A stretch of DNA of 54,083 nt from Girardia tigrina (taxonomy: Eukaryota). The stretch's first letter is position 1; every line of letters starts with the position of its first letter. A program made the position numbers and the translations under genes. This document shows positions 38,138 through 49,844 of the stretch, piece by piece. The notes under the pieces were generated by a model, which worked only from the letters and a program-made list of their open reading frames with translations, ran no database searches and was not told the origin of the DNA. The stretch covers positions 17,752-71,834 of the forward strand of contig MQRK01210159.1 in assembly GCA_001938485.1 (NCBI GenBank), in the 5' to 3' direction.

Positions 38138-39496
38138 CTGAAAATATAAAATTACATTTTCTTTAAAAAAATTTGCAAAATTGTATTTTTCCATTGTCAC
38201 CATCATCACAGAAACATTCAGTATTGAAAGACTTTTTTAATAATAGAATATTCTCGAAAAGGTATAAACTGAAATAAATCTCATTATACAGGTGCGGAGT
38301 TGATTGGGACAAAGTGCATTCAAATTTTAAACACAAAAAATGTTAAATATTAATAGACATCTGTCTATTACATTTAGGCAGTTTTCATGCTTTTGGGCGT
38401 TGAATCAATCTTGCAGAAAACTCGTGAAAGTGTTAAAACAAACACGCTTGATGAAGTAGACTCATTTATCAATAGTTATTTTTATTATTAAAGTTTAATT
38501 TTTAATATTGATTATTTCAGTAAAATTTTCAAAATGGCGGTTTACCAAAATTATTAGACTATGTCTTTAAGTATACTTCTAAATAAAGCTTAACGAGACA
38601 TTCGAATGGCATGTAAAATTTAAATAAATCTCCTTAAGCAACAGATTAACACATGGAATGTTCAGGTTTGCTAAATCATGATTGTTGCGCAACAAAGAAT
38701 GCGTATTTGATGACAATATTTATCAGAGAAATTTTTAACAATAACAGTAAGTACATACAGCAATGATAAGAACGTTGTAAATAAAAGGGTTGAAAAAACA
38801 ACTTATGAATTGAAAATTAACCCTAATTTATATTCTGCAGAATCTAACACCATTATCAGAAATGAAAAAATTAAAAACCTTTACAAAATAATTAATGAAA
38901 GTTGTATTGTGGTGTATAAAAATGAGAATTCGATAGTGTTGCGTTCGCTGTCACTCTCCAACAACAAAAATGAATAATCCAACTCAATCAAAAATCCCAG
39001 CGGATCAGATCAGATTGAATCAATCGAAATAAAAATCTTTAAATTTAATGATGTAGATAATGATTATGTTTTATTATTTCAAATATTTTAAAAACTGCGA
39101 ATTTTCAAACTTTCTAATCAGATCATTCTCCTCACGGTGTTCTCAAAGGAACAGCCGATTTCAAACCACCGATTATTGAAAAAATATTGACGGACCGATT
39201 CGGAGATCTAACATTAAATTTTATTTCGGCGAAGAAACAAATAGCGGAGAGGAGCAAGTCAGCCTGAAGTTTCCTGTTGACCGGCTTTGAAATTATTTAG
39301 CTGAATATCACCTCAATAGATAGATTTTACAGAATGTTTTTTAAAACTATCAGACAACATCGGTTTCTTTAAAATAATGTGTGAAATTAGAGATGATAAA
39401 TTTAAGTACTATAAAAAATGATCTCGAAAATAATAAATGAAACAGATTATGACTTCAGTAAAAAATTATTTCTTTAATAAAATAAAATGAACTTAC

Positions 39497-39734
39497 TTCG
39501 TTACATCTTCTGAAATTCTTTTACACAGTTCCCTAATGTACCATGACCCTTTCTTTGTATTTCTAAATGCAACATAATCTGGAACTGTTGCCATACCATA
39601 TATAAAATCAGCTTCTTCAGGAATAATATCAGATTGCGTATATTCTTGTATTTTAGGGGTAGAATGAGACGGTTCAATTTGTAACAAATTAAACTGTGAT
39701 AGCAAAGGTGCCCCTGTGATAGATTCTGGTATTC
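39497..39734 (-). CDS. Caspase-8-like exon (linker and small subunit)
   Basis: GIPESITG...IPEEADFIYGMATVPDYVAFRNTKKGSWYIRELC; AG and GTAAGT boundaries. Confidence 0.92.
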
Positions 39735-39773
39735 CTTAGAAAGATTAAAAAAATATTTCTCTGAGTCCAAAAA

Positions 39774-39778
<5 letters not shown>

Positions 39779-39820
<42 letters not shown>
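39779..39820. repeat. (TA)n microsatellite (others at about 2573-2600 and 45113-45135)
   Basis: Direct observation. Confidence 0.95.
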
Positions 39821-39823
<3 letters not shown>

Positions 39824-40689
39824 CCAAAAATATATATACATCGCCAAAATATTTTATTTTTTTATTTGAAAGTTTTACGAAGTTAAATAAACACAGAAAG
39901 TTTTAAAATTTAAATCTAACAAATTGAATTGGAAGAAAAAATTAATAGATTGAATTTGGCGAAATAATTGAATTAACAAGAAATTTGTTTAATTAAGTGA
40001 ATTATTTTCATAAATAAAATTTTGATGTTGAATTATGAACTTTGAATCTAGTGATAATGAAAGTGATAGAAAGGCTACTTACAGGTTTTTATTTTTGAAC
40101 CTTATTTTCTATAAATATGTGTATACCAGGTGTAGTGTCCTTTAATTTCTCATTAAAATCTCAATCGAATTTTTATTAAACTTATTGAACTTCAAATTAT
40201 AGTAAATTAATTCCCATTAATTTTTACTATAATTTCTCATTAAAATCTTAACTTAATTTTAATTAAACTCATTATGTTTTAAATCCGAATTTTATTACTC
40301 TCGCGTAATTTGAGAAAAAAATAAATGAGACTTAAAAAATTAAAATTAGAACAAAGATATGTTGTTTTAATAAACAGTCTTTTTTAAAAGTGGAATATTG
40401 AATCAGCAGGCGTATTTATTTCAATAAAATTTTCCTTTGAATCATGTTTTCTTTTCTCAATCAATTATTGATTCAATCCGGTGTATCGACGGAAATGTGC
40501 GTGGTGGTTTTCGGTGAAATATTATAGCCCCATACCGGGTGTTGTGAAAATCTTATCAATGAACTTTGACACTAGATTTAAGGAACTTAAGCTGATATGT
40601 AGCAACTTTTATATTTAGTTTATAGATTATAAGTATTTTCATTCTTTTTAAATCAATCTTTGATATTTAGAAATCTGATTGTAAACGCT

Positions 40690-41000
40690 TGGCAGCAAAA
40701 CTAAGAGCTAAGACCTTTAAAATTTTTTGGAGGACAAAGCCATCCTTTTTACAATTAAAGACAAGTGGCACAATCTTTATCAGATATGAATCATCTGGAT
40801 TACTTCATATGGACGTGTGTGGAGAGTAAAGCCTGCCGTGCTCGTCACACAACTACCAATGCCCTGAGAAATTCCATTGAGAAGGTCTGGAAGAATCTGT
40901 CAGAGGTATTTGTGGTGAAAGCCTATGACGCATTCAAGAAACGTCTGAAAGCCGTAGTGCATGCAGGATGCGATAAATTTGAATAAATTGTTTGAAACAC
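40690..41000 (+). mobile_element. maT (DD37D)-like transposase C-terminal fragment
   Basis: WAQSLSDMNHLDYFIW..VESKAC...FKKRLKAVVHAG..FE*. Confidence 0.7.
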
Positions 41001-41279
41001 TTCTATTCAACTAGAATTTAAATTTCCCATGCAGTGTCTATTATATTTTCTGGAATATATGTTTATCTGTTTGGAATGCTTTTTTGACAAGACTTTCACA
41101 ACAAAAATCTTTCCATGTAAAAGTTTATCTCAAACGTTTGACTTAAAACATTTTGTAATGAAAACCAATTTATTGAATAGATAGTGGATTTGGGATTCGT
41201 CTTTATTATTTTTAATATTTTTTGGGGTTGATTTTTCATTTTTTTCCTTAGACAAATTGATTTTTGAAAAAAAGAAATG

Positions 41280-42960
41280 AAAAAAAATGTTTCAACTTGC
41301 TGATTATTTTTAATTTGATATATTGCTGAGATAATTGAAACATTTCCCATGTAGGAAATGTCAAAATGCTTGAAAATATGGTAATCGTACGGTGATAAGT
41401 CTGGACGATGGATGAGACAAATTCTCATAATTTAATTTTTGGAATTTCATCTTTGTTTAGTAACGTGCTGACGAGCTTTGTCATGGAGGATAATGTAACT
41501 TTTTCTATTCGCCAATGCTGGTTGTTGTTCTCGAAGTTTTTTTTATGAATTTATTTTATATAGTTTCATTTGTACTTAAAATTTTAGTAGTCAGGGTGGC
41601 GACGCATTGCTGTCGCATCCCATCCGCATTCAGGGGACCGGTTCCATGGAACTAACCGGCGTGCACCACGGAGGCTACTGGAAACTGAGGGATTGTGCAC
41701 CTTCTGTCGGTACCGGAACCCGAGAGCGTCCTTCCGATCGTCGATCGGACAGTCCTTTCGAGAACAGAAGCACGAGCGATTATTGTCGTACAGAATCTTA
41801 CTGAATCGAGATGGCTCTCGATAAAAATGTAACAGGCGGCCATCTCGCCTGAGTATCTCAGGAAAAGTCCGACTCAGTGGCGGTCGGGCGTTCGGATGTG
41901 AGGAAGACCGTTCGAGCTCGCAATTAACAGTAATAAACCAAATAAACATATTGATATCGGAAAAGAAGACGTGTATCAGACAATGACAAGATTTATTTTC
42001 AATACACATCAATTGACTCGACATTTTCTTATACATTCGAAATGCCTCACTTTTCACTTCACATATAATCATTAACCATAATTTGTAATTTTTAAACAAA
42101 TTTAATTTTCTTTAATTTGGATTTTAATTAATAAATGTTTTTGTTTACAATAATTAAATTTTACCACAGTTTAAAGAGTTTTTTATAATTTTTGTTAATT
42201 AATATTCATTTTAGTAATTGTAAATTCAAAATCGAGATCCGAAATTAGATTTATAATTATTTATTTTGCTTTTAATTTACTAATTCCATTTTCGTTTTTA
42301 ATTAATTATTTCGAATAGTGAAATTGATTCTGTTTTACTTTTTTGCTATTCACTACAGTTTCATTTGTACTTAAAATTTAAAATAACACCACTTGCAGAT
42401 CATCAAACATTTAGCATAACCTTTTTTCGTGCAACTGTGGCTTCGGAAAATGTTTTGCAACTTTATCAACAATTTACCCAGTGACATGAGTGTTGTAGAT
42501 TGTCGTAAAGAATCAATTTTTCATCACAAGGGGTAAATTTGTTTAAAACGGTTCATCTGTGTTGCATAATAGAATCGACAATGACTCTTCTTAACGACGT
42601 TCATTCTGGTCGTCATCCATTTCGTTAGAAACCCATTGAGCGAATTTTTTCTTTTACCGATTCATTTCAGATAGTTTTAAATTGTTGTCAATGACGACAC
42701 ACAATTAACAAGTAAGTTCCCGGACAGTTGTTGGTGATTTGGTTTAAAATATTGCTTTAAAATATCCATTGTCTATTTCAGATGGACTACTAATACTCTC
42801 ATTGTTTTCAAGGCACTCGATACCGCCGCGGAATTTTTAACCACAAATTAGACTATATGTTCAGTAGTGGTTCCTGGGCCAAATGCTTTGATAATATAAC
42901 GTCTATTAAGTTTGTATTAAAAAATTTACGATTTTTTTTGTTTATTGCTTTTTTGTTTCT
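41280..42960 (-). mobile_element. Degenerate mariner interrupted by an insertion at 41585-42356
   Basis: RPDLSPYDYHIFKHFD, ILHDKARQHV and AFGPGTTTEH motifs. Confidence 0.8.
41585..42356. mobile_element. Unclassified 772-bp insert with a GC-rich structured half, bounded by 23-bp direct repeats
   Basis: AGTTTCATTTGTACTTAAAATTT at 41562-41584 and 42357-42379. Confidence 0.65.
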
Positions 42961-43182
42961 TTCGAATTATTTTCGGTACCCATGTTATTAGATTGTGATC
43001 GATTTTATTAATCGGTTTATTTATTTTATTTAAAATATTTCTAAATCATAAGAGCAGCTAATTCATCTTGACATGCTTTGTACATTCTAAACTAAAATTA
43101 GATTATTATTTATAAAGATTTCGATTTATGAAACTTAAATGAAAAAACATGTACATTAAAATTAAAAAATTTTGAAAACTAC

Positions 43183-43441
43183 CTTCGTGAAGTCGATCTC
43201 CTTGACAAGCTTGAATAAAAAAAACTTTAGGTTTATTCATGTAACATTTACAAGTTTTCGCGCTGAATATTAAACTAAATTGTCGAATATTGACTTTTTC
43301 TTCATTAATATCAAAAACGCAATCTTTTGTGCCATGACCTAATATAAAGCAAACAAACATGGCACCCGCTTTTTTGCTATCGACATTCGCAAAAGACTTG
43401 GCTATCGATAGCATATCATCTTTTGTTACATCTTGAAATAC
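43183..43441 (-). CDS. Caspase-8-like catalytic exon
   Basis: VFQDVTKDDM...FVCFILGHG...KPKVFFIQACQG; His-Cys dyad; QACQG is the caspase-8/10-type pentapeptide. Confidence 0.95.
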
Positions 43442-44299
43442 CTAAAGGTATTAATAATGTGAAGTTGTCATGTAGAATTAGAAAATAAATATGGATATAT
43501 TATAAGAGCTAGGTAACCTCGAAAGTATCATATTTGGTTTATAAAACTTAACTAAAATTAAGATAAACAAACAAAGCTAACAAATTATTTGCCGTTTTTT
43601 TATGATGAAAAATGTCATAATACTTATTTTGAAATAATTTAAAATTTAAATTACGATACACTGTGTGAATGAGTTGCAACTATTTCATTTAATAGAAAAG
43701 TAAACATCAAATCTAATATTCTATATCGTGATTAAAATTGGGTTATACATTTCTGGATTTGCTGAGCATTTTTTATGTGATTCTGCAGAAGTTTCTATAA
43801 AATCTGAAATACTTATACAATTTATACAAATCTGAAATATTAACTTGAAGTTAATTATGTCCACTGGCAACAGGAAACAATTTAAAAATAAACTTAGGCC
43901 GTTTTCAAGATAAATATCTCATATATTTAATAATACATTTCAATGAAATTTAAAAAAGATTGAAAATTTCTTACCAAATTATAAAAAATCGACAAAAAGA
44001 TTGACAAAACGATTAAATTTAATCGAATTTTGTTATGAATAAACTTTTTGTTTTTTTTAATTAATATTTTTATTTCGATAAATCCAAATATTGATGTAAC
44101 TAACAGTATGATAACTTATTATAAACCAGACTAATACTTCATAACATCTAAATAAGCTATGATTATAATCCTTAAGTATACTGAAGATTTTGCCACCCGA
44201 ATACAAGGCTCGGGAGCATCCGGACTCACAGTCATCGCATGGTTTGTATTTCGTTCGATCTCTGGAATCATAGCACTTATATCGACGATCATTTTCTAT

Positions 44300-44600
44300 G
44301 TCGAATTGAAAAACAGTTTTATTGACGAAAGCGACGACATCAAACGTCTTTCATTTGTCTTGCACCTCATCATTGTCTTCCGATATCGACTTTTGTGAAA
44401 TTAAGAAACTTTCTTCGAGATTCATAATCTTTCCCGTTAAAATGTGATGACCAATGATTAATGCCAGTATATTATTTTTCGTAAAGAACGAATAACCGAG
44501 TAGTTGATTGGAAAAACTAATTTTATCTTTCACTTCCAAATCACCTTTGAGTTCAATTATAAAATGTTCTTTCAAATTATCCGCATTTACACTACAACAA
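44300..44600 (-). pseudogene. CHTF8/Ctf8-like pseudogene fragment inside a caspase intron
   Basis: EHFIIELKGDLE...LLG...LIIGHHILTGKIMNLEESFLI, in-frame TGA, then KTFDVVAFVNK; C-terminal RPKPI absent. Confidence 0.85.
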
Positions 44601-45033
44601 TGAAAATACATTGCGAATTATTGAATATTTCAATAAGGAGAGTCTCTTTCATTTGAGGAATAATAATAACACAAAACACTCGAAATTTTTATTTTCTTTC
44701 GCAAGAAAATTTACAAAAACAATTTTGCCACGCAACATATTGTTCAAACGAACACTGGAATTTTCCAGAATTTTTTATAACAAAAAAGCTTTTTTACAAT
44801 TTTAAGCAAAAACAATATTTTTATATCACAAATGAGTCGATCGAGTAAGGTTCTTGATCATTGGTTATGTTGTAAGGATAGAACCTCATCTATATCAATA
44901 ATAATAATACTTTAATAAATTATAATATTCATGATTATTTTGACCATTTAAAATTAATGAAATTTTAGTTAAAATATTTAATTAAAATAATTGAAATATT
45001 CAAATATTGAAATACAAATACTAAATTTTCAAA

Positions 45034-45076
45034 TATTGCTGATAATGATGTTCGTAACATTGAAACATATTCAATA
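45034..45076 (+). ncRNA. Degenerate minimal hammerhead ribozyme motif
   Basis: TATTG CTGATAA T GATGTT-CGT-AACATT GAAA CATATT CAATA; stems I and II pair, core mutated. Confidence 0.55.
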
Positions 45077-45139
45077 ATCATATAAGAGAAGCTTTTATCA
45101 AATTATATTATATTATATATATATATATATATATAATGA

Positions 45140-47020
45140 ATCATCAGTCGTGAAGTAAATTTCAAATTACAAGTCATTTATATGGCACATTGACTATTAC
45201 ACAATTAATCTTTTTCCTTTTTTTTATTAATTAATATTAAAAGATTTTAATATGATTGGATAATTATTCACTTTGAACATTTAAGCATGGTTTTAAATGC
45301 TTTATTAATAATGCCTCAGTGACTATCCTCTCATGATATGATATGTGTCAAATTTTTTTTTCAAAACTGTAAATTCAGTTTCATAGTTAAAAACACTTAA
45401 AAAAGAAATTTTTCAGCCAAGGGGCCCAACCAGCAAAATTATATGGGTTACCCAAAATTCATAAAGATGGAATCCCAATGCGTCCAGTTCTTTCAATGAT
45501 AAATACAGCACAATATAATGTTGTTAAAACTTTGGAAAGATTATTGAAGTCATTAATTAATAACCCCATAGAATTTAAAGACAGTTTTGAGTTAGTGAAC
45601 AATATCTTAAACCATAAAATCAAAACTAATGAGGAGGTCATGGTTTCATTTGACATAGTTAGCTTATTCACTAACGTACCTTTAAATGAAACGATTGATT
45701 TATGTACTACATTATGGGATGAATTAGTTGAAAATAAAGTGGCTTCAATGAGTAGTAAAGCAATGAAGGCACTTTTAGAATTTAGTACAAAAAATGTTCA
45801 ATTTATTTTTAATAATGAATGGTACATGCAAGTTGATGGAGTGACAATGGGGTCTCCACTAGCACCTTTAATGGCTTCAATATTTCTCCAAAGTTTGGAG
45901 AAAAAAGTTCAATTTTTTTGAAGGAAACATGCCTTTATTTTACACTAGATATGTTGATGATATCTTCTTGATTTTTGAAAATAAAAACCATATAGATAAT
46001 TTTTTACAATTTATGAATCAACTTCATCCAAATATGAGATTTTCCAGTGAAATCAAATCAGCGGGTAAGATTTCATTTTGAAAATTTCATTTTCAAATTG
46101 AAAGAAAATCGAAGGGCTATGAAACTGAAGTATTTCGAAAGAGTACTGACACGGGTTTATACAATAATCCTATGAGTTTCTGTGATCCCAAGTACAATAA
46201 AAATATGGTGAAAGGATTAATTCACAGAATATGGAATTTATCTTCTACGTATTGTGGTGTGGATAAGGGTATTGTTAATCTTAAAAGCAGGTTAAAAAAT
46301 AATGGGTACAATAAAAATTATTTAAATAATTTGATAAAAAATACAATTGACTCAATTCGTGAAAAATCTAATAATAAAAATGAAAACATTATAAATAATG
46401 ATAGTAGTAATGTAATAAAAACAATAAATTTAAAATTACCATTTTCAGAAGGCGCGTCTGATTTGAGGAAAGGTCTAATTAAAAAGGTTCCTTCGGGTTT
46501 TAATTTGCGGGTGTTCTTCATAACTAATAAACTATCAAGATATTTCTCAAATAAATCAAAAACTCCATCAGGTGTCCAAGCTAATCTAGTATATCAATTT
46601 AAATATCACAAGTGTGAATCCTTGTACATTGGAGAAACAAATCGTCATCTCCGCACTAGAATAGATGGACACACCCAATTGAGTAGGAATAGCTCGATTC
46701 TAGATTACATTAAAAAATGCCGAAATAGAGATAAAGTTAACTATGAAACTGAATTTACAGTTTTGAAGAAAAATTTTGACACATATCATGAGAGGATAGT
46801 CACTGAGGCATTATTAATAAAGCATTTAAAACCATGCTTAAATGTTCAAAGTGAATTATCCAATCATATTAAAATCTTTTAATATTAATTAATAAAAAAA
46901 AGAAAAAGATTAATTGCGTAATAGTCAATGTGCCATATAAATGACTTGTAATTTGAAATTTACTTCACAACTGATGATGTCGTAATGGCGAAACATGTTT
47001 TGAGAAATAAAAAAACATTT
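45140..47020 (+). mobile_element. Penelope-like retroelement (RT + GIY-YIG), 5'-truncated, with inverted pLTR
   Basis: LYGLPKIHKDGIPMRP, SFDIVSLFTNVP, GVTMGSPLAP, RYVDDIF, VYQFK..CESLYIGET; 45140-45390 is an inverted copy of 46737-46978. Confidence 0.95.
46964..47006 (+). ncRNA. Minimal type I hammerhead ribozyme in Penelope pLTR
   Basis: TTCACAA CTGATGA T GTC-GTAAT-GGC GAAA CATGTT TTGAGAA; palindromic stem III AAACATGTTT. Confidence 0.8.
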
Positions 47021-47221
47021 TAAATGACGTTTGTTCTTCATTTTCATTACAAATAAATTGCCATTATATCTAAATGTTATTTAGACATAATTTTTTATTT
47101 ACATTTTTTATAATTCAATCCGGAACATACTTTTATCTATTAAGTTAATGCTTTTTTTGAAAAGAAATTAAATATTTTAAATTTTGAAGATAATTAATTA
47201 ATTGATAATGAAATTACATAC

Positions 47222-47334
47222 TTGTATAGTAAAATGGAGTTTTTCAAAAGTTTTGCGAATCGAATGAATATCTTTTTCAGATCCTATTCTAGGTTTATTT
47301 GCATAATTTGATATATCAAAAACAAGACAAAGAC
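47222..47334 (-). CDS. Caspase-8-like exon (start of large subunit)
   Basis: LCLVFDISNYANKPRIGSEKDIHSIRKTFEKLHFTIQ; CAG and GTATGT boundaries. Confidence 0.9.
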
Positions 47335-47768
47335 CTGAAAATATCAAAATTATTAGTTTAAAAATAAATATTTTAATTGGATCATTAATATACACACAAA
47401 TAATATATATATTTAGTATATACATCATCTTAAACACAAATCGTCATGAATATATGATATTGTGTAAGAAACCGAACTTGTACAAATTCTTTTTTTTATA
47501 ACTTTATATTATACATTAATTTTAACATTACAAAGGATCAATTAATTTAAATCTTCTTGTAAGGAATATTTTAAATTTGGTATGTTGAAATTAGTATGTT
47601 GAATTTTGGTATGTTGAGCTTACTATTTGGAAATGTGTTTCTTCCACCCAGATGAATAATTGATATTTTGGATGTTCGCGATTATAAATTACAATATTAA
47701 AAATGAAATTTAAAAAAACGTTTTTTAATAAATTATATTAATATTTATAAATGTATTTATAATGTATA

Positions 47769-48937
47769 TAATTCTTTATAAAAAAACAGCTCACAATACA
47801 GAAAAGGACAGTGACTGAAAATTAATTATGGTGATAAAGACAATATGTTTTTTTGGATTATTTTTTGTACAAATTAAATACACAAATCTGAAAGATCTTT
47901 TGTTGTAAATGTTGTTCTGTGAGAAAATGTTGTTGTTGATGACATTAAAAAACTTTAAAATAGTAAATCGTTTCAAATTTTATATCAAAAATTTAAATGA
48001 AGTAAATAACTTTTAGCTAATTTTTAAATTGATTAAATTAATATTTTTTCTTTAAATAAAATCATTTTTAAAATTAAATGAATATATAGATAAAATTATT
48101 ACAAAAATTATTAAATTAAAATATAGATAAAATTATTACAAAAATTATAAAATTAGAACTTTAAAAATAAAAATTGAAAATCATTTAAAATGAAAATTTG
48201 TTCGAATAATTGTTTATTCACAAGACATTACATAAATTATCAATTTAGAAAGATGTCAAATCATGAAAGTTTTGCTAAGAATTGTCCAAAAGATATTTCG
48301 AATTGTGATAAAAATAAATGTGTGAAAACCAATATTGGTGTTCTTAATACTTCTATTTACATTATTTATGTTGGTTTTGCTTTGGTTGAGTCGACAAGGA
48401 AAAAGAAAGACGGTGATTACATCGTCTTGCCCTGGACGAACTCGATGGCTGTGTTGTACACGAGCGACCCGCAATTCACTGCTATATCGGTCGATGACGA
48501 TGGTTTGAGCGTCGATTGAATGAATCGGATGAAATACAAAGAGATGCAACCCTCGTAATCGACATATCGGAGCGGTTTGAAAGCCACGACGATGACATCC
48601 GATCCGAGCGACATGATCGTTGATTTCCGATTTGACTGAGAGTTATTATTATGACGAGTGAACGTAAATGATGATCAGAGGAGCGTGCGCAAATGCTCCG
48701 CGTTGTGAAGCTTCATCGATCTGTATGGAATAGCATCGATGACATTGTTGACGGGCCCGCTTTCTTTTAACATGATTTACTCACAGAACAACAACATTTA
48801 CAACAAAAGATCTTTCAGATTTGTGTATTTGATTTGTACAAAAAATAATCCAAAAAAACATATTTTCTTTATCACCATAATTAATTTTCAGTCACTATCC
48901 TTTTCTGTATTGTGAGCTGTTTTTTTATAAAGAATTA
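47769..48937. repeat. About 155-bp inverted repeats (47769-47923 / 48780-48937) enclosing a repeat fragment and a CpG-rich segment
   Basis: TAATTCTTTATAAAAAAACAGCTCACAATACAG... vs ...CTGTATTGTGAGCTGTTTTTTTATAAAGAATTA. Confidence 0.85.
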
Positions 48938-49252
48938 ATATTAAGAAGGAAATGTTAAATGCAAGCAAATCAAGAAATAAGAAACTCTTACAACAAGCAA
49001 TATTGAAAAGGGTATAAATAATATAGCAGACGAAATAGTAAAGAAAGTTATATGCAACTATTTAAAAAATAGAAGAGGGCAGCACACAAATGCAAACCTT
49101 GAAAATCTATTCCAACCTCTCTCCAGTCTATACAAGGATCAGACAATAGACACCGAAAAAAACGTGAAGTGGTCAATGAAATAGTCAATTAGAAAATAAC
49201 AACTGACGATATAAAACAGTTATAGTTAATTATATTCAATTATGAAAATTAC

Positions 49253-49417
49253 TTTTTGAAGGGTCTGATTCTGGGTAGCTGTACCTCTCATTAATATTAT
49301 AATTCACAATTTTCAATCTACCATTATCTTTAAACCCAAAATTCGGATTAGATTTCTCATCACCTTTCTCTATCGCTAACAAGATGTTTTCTTGACCAAG
49401 AGAACTTTCAGATATAC
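49253..49417 (-). CDS. Caspase-8-like upstream exon (acceptor tentative)
   Basis: ...NYNINERYSYPESDPSK, GTAATT donor in phase 1 giving YSYPESDPSKSLCLVF; candidate TTCAG acceptor at 49418. Confidence 0.6.
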
Positions 49418-49844
49418 CTGAATCAATTATTATAACAGTACGATTATTATATGACTCAACAAAACAACGCATAAAAATATTAAGATAATGATTTAAAATT
49501 GGAGATTTGTGCATTTATATTGGAGACTTTCGCTCATATACATTGTAAAACATCTTTTTCAATGTTTGGTGTCGGTATGGCTGCTTAGATTAAAATGAGA
49601 AATAAATAATTTTCTTATTGTTCTTGTTTTTGTAACTTTCAAAAAAAATATTTTCAAATCATAAGTAGAGAAATAGGGAATAACAGATTTCCCGAATAAC
49701 TATTTCTTGGCCCCTCTAGTGGGCCGTATATTTAATTTTGTGTGCTATTTAAAATGTTATGTCTCTTTAATCGTAGTGTATGAATGATATATTAATTAAC
49801 ATGATCATTCAGTTGAGATTAAAATTTTGTTAAAAATAAATAAA

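Noticed and set aside
41586-41925. 7SK, SRP, RNase P/MRP or telomerase RNA identity
   Set aside because: Only isolated short matches (GGATGTGAGG, GGAAAAGTCC, CTAACC) in the wrong positions, with partner motifs missing.
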